A stretch of DNA of 64,000 nucleotides from the NCBI GenBank assembly GCA_036170915.1, contig JAVHQC010000030.1, positions 1 to 64,000 on the forward strand. The letters are read 5' to 3'. This DNA is from Cyanobacteria bacterium auto_48_18 (GTDB lineage: Bacteria > Cyanobacteriota > Vampirovibrionia > Obscuribacterales > Obscuribacteraceae). Below are positions 58,339 through 64,000 of this stretch, piece by piece (the first letter of the stretch is position 1; each line of letters starts with the position of its first letter). The position numbers and the translations under genes are program-made. The notes under the pieces were generated by a model that saw only the letters and a list, made by a program, of their open reading frames with translations, searched no databases and was not told where the DNA came from.

Positions 58339-58914
58339 ATGATAAGGAGAGCCACCATTATTATTTCTTTGCTCGTCGCTTTCATTTACGGTGGTAGCTG
58401 TTCTGCCGAACAAGAACCAAAAACCGCAGATGAATTTTTTCAGGTGGGGCTCGACCTTAAAGCACAGGGTTTGCCTGAGGCCTCACGCTCAGCACTTGAA
58501 CAGGCCATTGCTCTAGACAAAAATGGACCAATATCAAAAAAAGCAGCTGCCATCATACGCGGCAGGCTGCCAAAATTTACAGTATCAAACGCAGCCGAAC
58601 AAGAGAATGTAAAAGCGCACACCTTAATGGTCGCGGGCGATTATACAGGAGCAATCTCAGGATTCACCACGGCCATATCACGCTATCCTGAGTTTGAGTG
58701 GCCATACGGCAATCTGGGCTATGTTTATATTTTGCAGCGCCGTTATCCTGCAGCTATTCGCGTACTTAAAAAAGCGGTGGCAATAAATCCAAATTATGCC
58801 AGTGCCTGGGGCAACCTCGCTGAATGTTATCGCCTTACCGGTGACACTGCGCAGGCAGCAGAATGTCGCAAAAGAGCACTTCAAGCCTTACCAAAAAATT
58901 TAGAAAAATTATAA
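58339..58914 (+). CDS. Exported TPR protein
   Basis: Signal-like N-terminus, TPR units (PYGNLG, AWGNLA). Confidence 0.78.
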   Translation: MIRRATIIISLLVAFIYGGSCSAEQEPKTADEFFQVGLDLKAQGLPEASRSALEQAIALDKNGPISKKAAAIIRGRLPKFTVSNAAEQENVKAHTLMVAGDYTGAISGFTTAISRYPEFEWPYGNLGYVYILQRRYPAAIRVLKKAVAINPNYASAWGNLAECYRLTGDTAQAAECRKRALQALPKNLEKL

Positions 58915-58930
58915 GGCTAAGAGAAGATAG

Positions 58931-59503
58931 CTAGCGCTTGTCTTGATTTTTCAGTCTAAAAAATTCAGGCAAAGTCAGTTCTTTAGGTTTGGCTACTATC
59001 CAAGAAAGGCCCTCTGCCACAGCATTGAGCAAGGCATGTTCAGGATCTGCTGCCATTTCTTCTTCAAAAATCAATCGATATGGTGCAACATTTTCACCAT
59101 ACCAGAGAAAAACGCGAGCGCTACCGGCACCGTGGGCGATACCAAAATTGAGCATCAAGTGATCTAAATCTGGAGGGGCAGACACATCAAAATGCCTGGC
59201 ATAATCGGCAATCGAGTCAGGACCACCAGCAAAATCCAAACCAGCACGGTACTTACCGAACATTCCTGCTTCTTTAAAAGCTCTTCCACGAATGATTACC
59301 AGCTCAGATGCTCCACGCCGGTATGTCAACCAACCGCGCCAGTCTGAGGCGGCAAAATTGGCAAGCTGTAAGCCGATTTCGCGTTCAACCGCTTCTTTCA
59401 ATGTGTGACACTCAGGCGGCAGCTCGGCCAGCGTCGCAGCGCGCTGCGCTTCTTCTTTGGCTATTAATTCTGATTCTAGTTCTAAGAGCCTGATGTGGAG
59501 CAT
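58931..59503 (-). CDS. Hypothetical protein
   Basis: 190-aa ORF co-oriented and adjacent to the TauE gene. Confidence 0.65.
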   Translation of the reverse strand: MLHIRLLELESELIAKEEAQRAATLAELPPECHTLKEAVEREIGLQLANFAASDWRGWLTYRRGASELVIIRGRAFKEAGMFGKYRAGLDFAGGPDSIADYARHFDVSAPPDLDHLMLNFGIAHGAGSARVFLWYGENVAPYRLIFEEEMAADPEHALLNAVAEGLSWIVAKPKELTLPEFFRLKNQDKR

Positions 59504-59505
59504 AC

Positions 59506-60324
59506 TTATTTACCAAGCAAAATATTTAGTTCTTTGTAGGCCATGAAAGTCGCCATGAGCAACATTATGGCGCCAAATGCACTGCGCAAAGACGAATCTT
59601 TAAGCTTAATGGCCAGTTTACTGCCAATCATAGATCCCGGCACAGCGCCGCAAACCATAACCAGCACCAGCAAGAGCTGCACATGACCATAAACTGAGTG
59701 AGAAACTGTTCCTGGAATCGACAAACAGGTAACCACTAGTAGCGATGTGCCAAAGGCAGCCTTGACGCTCATATTGAAAGCGCTGAGTAATATAGGAATG
59801 AGAATAAAACCACCGCCAACTCCAAAAAAACCGGCCATTAGACCGGTTAAAAGCCCAACTGGGACAACCCGCCACCAGACCACACTGATTGTCTCTTGGG
59901 TTGGCGCGTTCGTGGTTTTTTCAGATTTTAGCTTTTGACTGTAGCCGGAGAGCAGATCTAAACCAGCCAAAGCAATCAAGGCCGAAAAACAAATCATCAA
60001 AATTTGACCATGCACATAAGTAGTTAAATGCGCACCAAGGACGATACCAAAAACGCCTGGTACTACCAGCGCCTTCACCATAGAAAAATTTACCAGCTTC
60101 TCTTTAATGTAATTGATTGAACCAGCCATAGAAGTTGGCACAATTAAAGCCAGAGTTGTACCCACCGCAATATGAGGATCAAGGTGCAAAAACAGACGCA
60201 GCATGGGCGTGCAAACAATGCCGCCGCCTACACCAAAAGTTCCTGACAGCAAGCCGGTCAGAACACCAATTAAAAGTGCCAGGGCAATGTTGCTCGGCGT
60301 AAAGGCTACGCTTAGCGTTTCCAC
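59506..60324 (-). CDS. TauE/SafE sulfite-exporter family protein
   Basis: Duplicated GxFGVGGG motifs, AVGTTL / AFGTSL. Confidence 0.9.
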   Translation of the reverse strand: METLSVAFTPSNIALALLIGVLTGLLSGTFGVGGGIVCTPMLRLFLHLDPHIAVGTTLALIVPTSMAGSINYIKEKLVNFSMVKALVVPGVFGIVLGAHLTTYVHGQILMICFSALIALAGLDLLSGYSQKLKSEKTTNAPTQETISVVWWRVVPVGLLTGLMAGFFGVGGGFILIPILLSAFNMSVKAAFGTSLLVVTCLSIPGTVSHSVYGHVQLLLVLVMVCGAVPGSMIGSKLAIKLKDSSLRSAFGAIMLLMATFMAYKELNILLGK

Positions 60325-60858
60325 TTACATGTATTGAGACAGCATTTTGCCCAGATCTGGATTCTCCACAATCATCTGGTCAAAATACGGATTTTTGGTC
60401 AGCTTTTTAGCAATAGAACGGTCACGCTTGATAGCGCGGTAGAGCCCTTCAGGATCAAAGGTGACCACACTAAGCGCCTTAGGATTTTTTGCTAAAACCT
60501 TAGCTGCTGAGCCCCATTTTGTAATGCGGCGACACGTGTAGTGATCGGCTTCAGCAATTTTGTCTAAATGCGGATGCGCTGCCAGCAATCGCGCCGATGC
60601 AGCGTGAGTACAGATTGCAGCCACCAGAGTAGGATCGGCTGCCACCATCTTATCGAGCCAGCGATATTTAGCCATCTTTTTTGCAGTTGATACGTCACTG
60701 CGAATGGTCTTCGCACTGACATTATATTCGAGGGGCGGACGCAAAGGCGCTTCTGTGGTAGTTGTCTGCGCAGAGGCGGCAGCCACATTGGTAATCAGCA
60801 GCGCACCCAGAGAGAACGCAACCAATAATTTGTTGTTCTGTACTTGACGGGAAGGCAT
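60325..60858 (-). CDS. Exported hypothetical protein with short helical repeats
   Basis: Signal peptide, recurring LDK...ADP / LAxxP units. Confidence 0.65.
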   Translation of the reverse strand: MPSRQVQNNKLLVAFSLGALLITNVAAASAQTTTTEAPLRPPLEYNVSAKTIRSDVSTAKKMAKYRWLDKMVAADPTLVAAICTHAASARLLAAHPHLDKIAEADHYTCRRITKWGSAAKVLAKNPKALSVVTFDPEGLYRAIKRDRSIAKKLTKNPYFDQMIVENPDLGKMLSQYM

Positions 60859-60970
60859 CTGCTAGTCTCAGTAATATATTGGTGATTGACGCGATTTTAT
60901 CACTATAAGCTCTGGCATCACAGTTACACGTCCAGCTTTCCCAAGCGGTGGCTAAAAGAGTAGAAAGTAT

Positions 60971-62818
60971 ATGCCTGACAATTCGAGCTCAAGTGGAGGA
61001 GACAAGTCGGCCGGTCAAGCGGGCGCCTTAGACGGGGCCGAAGTTAAACCAGATAAAGCTGGCGGCGATCAACTGCAAGCTGACTGGTCAGCCGCTAAAG
61101 CTGAAAAGCCGGGCCATGGATCGTCAAAAGAGCCTGGTAGTGAAAATTTTTCCAAGTCGGGCGTTAGCGGCGCGCTTGCGGGCAATCAGTCATCAGCCGC
61201 CATGGATATTATTAAAGAAAGTTCTAAAAGGTCTTATTTGAACCGTGACCGTGCCGCCGGTGATGGCAGCCTGAGTAGTACGGCCAATCAGGTCACCAGG
61301 TTGACACGCCACATTGAGCCCGCCGGTAAAACAGTAGCCGACAATAGCCGTGAATTTACAGTTATGAGTGCTGTGCTCAAAAGTGAAGCTCAGGCCTTCT
61401 CTCCCTTTGCATTGAAGCCCATGCTGGTGCCGGTCAAATCTGAATTTGCCCAGGCCAATAGTGATAAAAACTGCGAAAAATTCAAGAAAACAGAGCTTTT
61501 GGAATTACTCGAACTGACCGCTAAACCTAGTGACGACAGCTCAAGGCTCTCCAGAGCCGAAGCCCGAGGCCTGAGTGAGACGCGTGAGCGCCTGGCCAAT
61601 TGTGACAATGCCAAAGACGCTCTCTCAAATGCGCTTCATCTAGCCCGCCTCTACCAACATTTACGATATATTGAAGAGGCCAAACAGGCCACCCTATTTT
61701 CCCTTGGTATCGATCCCGACAATCTTTTAGGCAAACAGCTTTTGAAGGAATTAGAAAGAGTGCAAACCACAGACCTCGGCCTCAGTCAGGGCATTGCTCT
61801 AGATCCGTTATTTACCAAAAGTGCATTGCGCAATCGCATCATCAATTTAAGCGGTGGCAAGGTCATTGTTGTCGGCGACCTGCTCATCGATGAGCTGGTA
61901 GAAGGTCGTCCTGAGCGCATTTCTCGTGAAGCTCCTGTGTTGGTTTTAGAACATGTAGATACCGAATTAATTCCCGGTGGCGCGGCCAACACCGCCCACA
62001 ATATCACTGCCCTTGGTGGAAAGTGTCACGCCATAGGCGTTTGCGGCAAAGATGATTATGCTCCCAAATTGGCGGCAGTGCTAACTCGCTATGGCATAAC
62101 TCATGATCTGGTAGCCGATGAGAGCCGTCCAACAACAGTTAAGAGCCGCGTGATCTCTAAATCACACTCACTACTGCAACAACTCTTGCGCATCGATCGC
62201 ATTTCGCATGCAAAAATCAGCAGCGAAATTGAAAGCCAGCTGATAGAGAAAATTAGCGAAGCAAATGACAAACGCCCTTCTCATGCGGTTATTGTCTCTG
62301 ACTACAAAGCTGGTGTCATCACCGATGGTGTCATTGCCGCCGTTCGCAAATTAGCTGAAACACGCGAAACCATGGTTATAGTCGATGCTCAAAATAGCTT
62401 TGAAAGATTCGGCAACTGTACATTGATGACGCCCAATCAGCCTGATGCAGAAGCTGCCTCTGGTATCAAAATTACTTCAAAAGAGTCTCTCAAACAACTG
62501 GGCGAAATTCTACTAAATAAGTCTGGAGTAAAAGCGCTGCTGGTTACTCGCGGCGGAGACGGAATGGTTTTGTTTGAGCGGGGCAAACCGATGGTTGAAC
62601 TTCCTGCCTTCAACAGGTCTGAGGTATTCGATGTCACCGGTGCAGGCGACACGGTTGTTGCTACAATGGCTTTAGCTCTGACTTCCGGCGCAACAATGGT
62701 TGAAGCCATGGCCCTGGGCAATCTTGCCGCATCAATTGTGGTGCGCAAACCAGGTACTGAAGTGACTAGTCAGAAAGAAATGCTTGATCATCTTGAACAG
62801 CTGAATCTGCCTGATTAA
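60971..62818 (+). CDS. Heptose-7-phosphate kinase (HldE/RfaE domain I, PfkB fold) with long N-terminal extension
   Basis: VVGDLLIDE, RISREAPV, GGAANTA, SDYKAG, TPNQ, DVTGAGDTV. No adenylyltransferase domain. Confidence 0.88.
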   Translation: MPDNSSSSGGDKSAGQAGALDGAEVKPDKAGGDQLQADWSAAKAEKPGHGSSKEPGSENFSKSGVSGALAGNQSSAAMDIIKESSKRSYLNRDRAAGDGSLSSTANQVTRLTRHIEPAGKTVADNSREFTVMSAVLKSEAQAFSPFALKPMLVPVKSEFAQANSDKNCEKFKKTELLELLELTAKPSDDSSRLSRAEARGLSETRERLANCDNAKDALSNALHLARLYQHLRYIEEAKQATLFSLGIDPDNLLGKQLLKELERVQTTDLGLSQGIALDPLFTKSALRNRIINLSGGKVIVVGDLLIDELVEGRPERISREAPVLVLEHVDTELIPGGAANTAHNITALGGKCHAIGVCGKDDYAPKLAAVLTRYGITHDLVADESRPTTVKSRVISKSHSLLQQLLRIDRISHAKISSEIESQLIEKISEANDKRPSHAVIVSDYKAGVITDGVIAAVRKLAETRETMVIVDAQNSFERFGNCTLMTPNQPDAEAASGIKITSKESLKQLGEILLNKSGVKALLVTRGGDGMVLFERGKPMVELPAFNRSEVFDVTGAGDTVVATMALALTSGATMVEAMALGNLAASIVVRKPGTEVTSQKEMLDHLEQLNLPD

Positions 62819-62839
62819 TTAGCCACCTGATAGAAAGCA

Positions 62840-63166
62840 TTAGACGAGATTTTTATTCTCATAGTTCTGTCTTACACGAGCGTACACAAGATCGTGTGGG
62901 TCGTTGTACTGTGAGATTTTCTCGATGAAATCTTGCTGCACCGATGCAGGCAATCTGTCGAGACTGGTGGAGACATTGTCGGCTACTGCAAATGCGTGTG
63001 CCTTGATTTGCTCAACCATCATTTCATTTTCTTTCAGCATTTCAGCGAAGCGCTGTGCTTCGGGAGTCATTTTGTCGAACCTTTCTGTATGAAGCTCATT
63101 TTGAAAAGCACTGCTGGAATTAGATTCGATGCCTGCCAGTTCGCCTTTGTTTTGTTCAATCGCCAT
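62840..63166 (-). CDS. Hypothetical protein
   Basis: GAGG RBS before ATG 63166 (MAIEQNK...). Confidence 0.55.
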   Translation of the reverse strand: MAIEQNKGELAGIESNSSSAFQNELHTERFDKMTPEAQRFAEMLKENEMMVEQIKAHAFAVADNVSTSLDRLPASVQQDFIEKISQYNDPHDLVYARVRQNYENKNLV

Positions 63167-63304
63167 TTTAGGAATTCCTCTAATTTTGGGGTGTCGCCCT
63201 CGCGTGCTTATATCTATGTGTGTTAGAGAATTCTTCGACAAGGGTTTTCGTAGAAACCACATGGTTTGGCAAAAAAAATTTGCTGGTAATATGTCAAATC
63301 GTAT

Positions 63305-63625
63305 TTGCAGTCGCTTTTCAGGTTGTTTGATTTGACCGCTTTTTCCCCTGACATGTCAGCCCGCCAGCTGCTCAAAGTTGCAAACGACCATCACACGGGC
63401 GTTCTGGCCCTAACTGATGGCGAGCGTTGTGACCTGATTGAATTGCTTAAGGAAAAAGCTCGCGACGAGCTCGAGTTTGGCGAAGAAGTTTTGTTTGAGA
63501 AGGTTCGGCTGGTCAGGCGAGTAACCGGCGCGGTATCCATTTTCTTTGAAAAAGACGAACCGCCCAAAGCTCCTAAAGCCAAGGCCAAAGCTGAGGTCAA
63601 AGAAGAAGCTAAAGAAGAAGCTTAA
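63305..63625 (+). CDS. Hypothetical protein with K/A/E-rich tail
   Basis: ORF followed immediately by a terminator. Start uncertain. Confidence 0.6.
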   Translation: MQSLFRLFDLTAFSPDMSARQLLKVANDHHTGVLALTDGERCDLIELLKEKARDELEFGEEVLFEKVRLVRRVTGAVSIFFEKDEPPKAPKAKAKAEVKEEAKEEA

Positions 63626-63654
63626 CCAATCCTTGTATTATGGATTGGTTTTTT
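63624..63654 (+). terminator. Rho-independent terminator
   Basis: AACCAATCC-loop-GGATTGGTT then TTTT. Confidence 0.8.
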
Positions 63655-63712
63655 ACGCTAACTTAGTTGCTACAGACAAATGCGACTAGACAGAATGGGG
63701 CACAGGACAGTG

Positions 63713-64000
63713 ATGCAAGAGCAAGCGATATCCAAAAAAGGCAGATTGAATATACTCGACTACAGTCTGGTTGTGATCATGCTGCTGGCAATTGCTGGTT
63801 TTGGTCTGGCTAAAGCTGGTCATGCCGGCGTTAATCAGGTGATTAAAGGCACTCACAAAGTCAATATCGATGTTTATATCACCGGTCTTAAGACTAAAGA
63901 TCTCTCCCTATTTAAGGTAGGCGACAAAAGCTCAATTACCATCCGCAACCAGCCAGTGCAGCCGCCCATGACCATAGTTAAGGTCGATCACTGGCAAAAG
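63713..64000 (+). CDS. DUF4330-like protein (partial, runs off the window)
   Basis: MQEQAISKKGRLNILDY, TM segment, ...FKVGDKSSITIRNQP. No stop before the window end. Confidence 0.7.
   Translation, partial: MQEQAISKKGRLNILDYSLVVIMLLAIAGFGLAKAGHAGVNQVIKGTHKVNIDVYITGLKTKDLSLFKVGDKSSITIRNQPVQPPMTIVKVDHWQK

Overview
Bacterial chromosomal window of about 60 genes. Inferred lineage: a non-photosynthetic relative of the cyanobacteria (Vampirovibrionia/Melainabacteria, Obscuribacter-like). The basis is cyanobacterial-type families (crtE plus DUF212 pair, HAS-barrel, DUF4330, GHL10), many OmpR/HK pairs and no photosynthesis genes in the window. Housekeeping content: rpsL-rpsG-fusA without tuf, smpB, fmt-rsmB, nnr, an hldE kinase domain, tRNA-Val(GAC), tRNA-Cys(GCA) and scattered ABC subunits. 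The main finding is a 4,329-bp unit transposon at 26989-31317. It has perfect 17-bp IS6/IS6100-type inverted repeats and an 8-bp target duplication (AAGCGTTT). It carries a five-gene arsenic operon, one IS6 DDE transposase and a divergently transcribed intact tyrosine recombinase with repeated candidate binding sites, which suggests an IS6 element with its own cointegrate resolvase. Removing it in silico restores an in-frame 266-codon host gene. Other observations: a degenerate orphan HypD, an active plus inactive S66 peptidase pair, a tandem ribbon-helix-helix protein with a long leader, tandem paralogues with variable centres behind an 11-bp-periodic box, a histidine kinase with one in-frame amber codon, a lethal-factor-like metallopeptidase with a coupled partner, and a recurring TANNNT-N6-ATG leaderless signature. 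All calls come from reading motifs by eye; no database searches were run.
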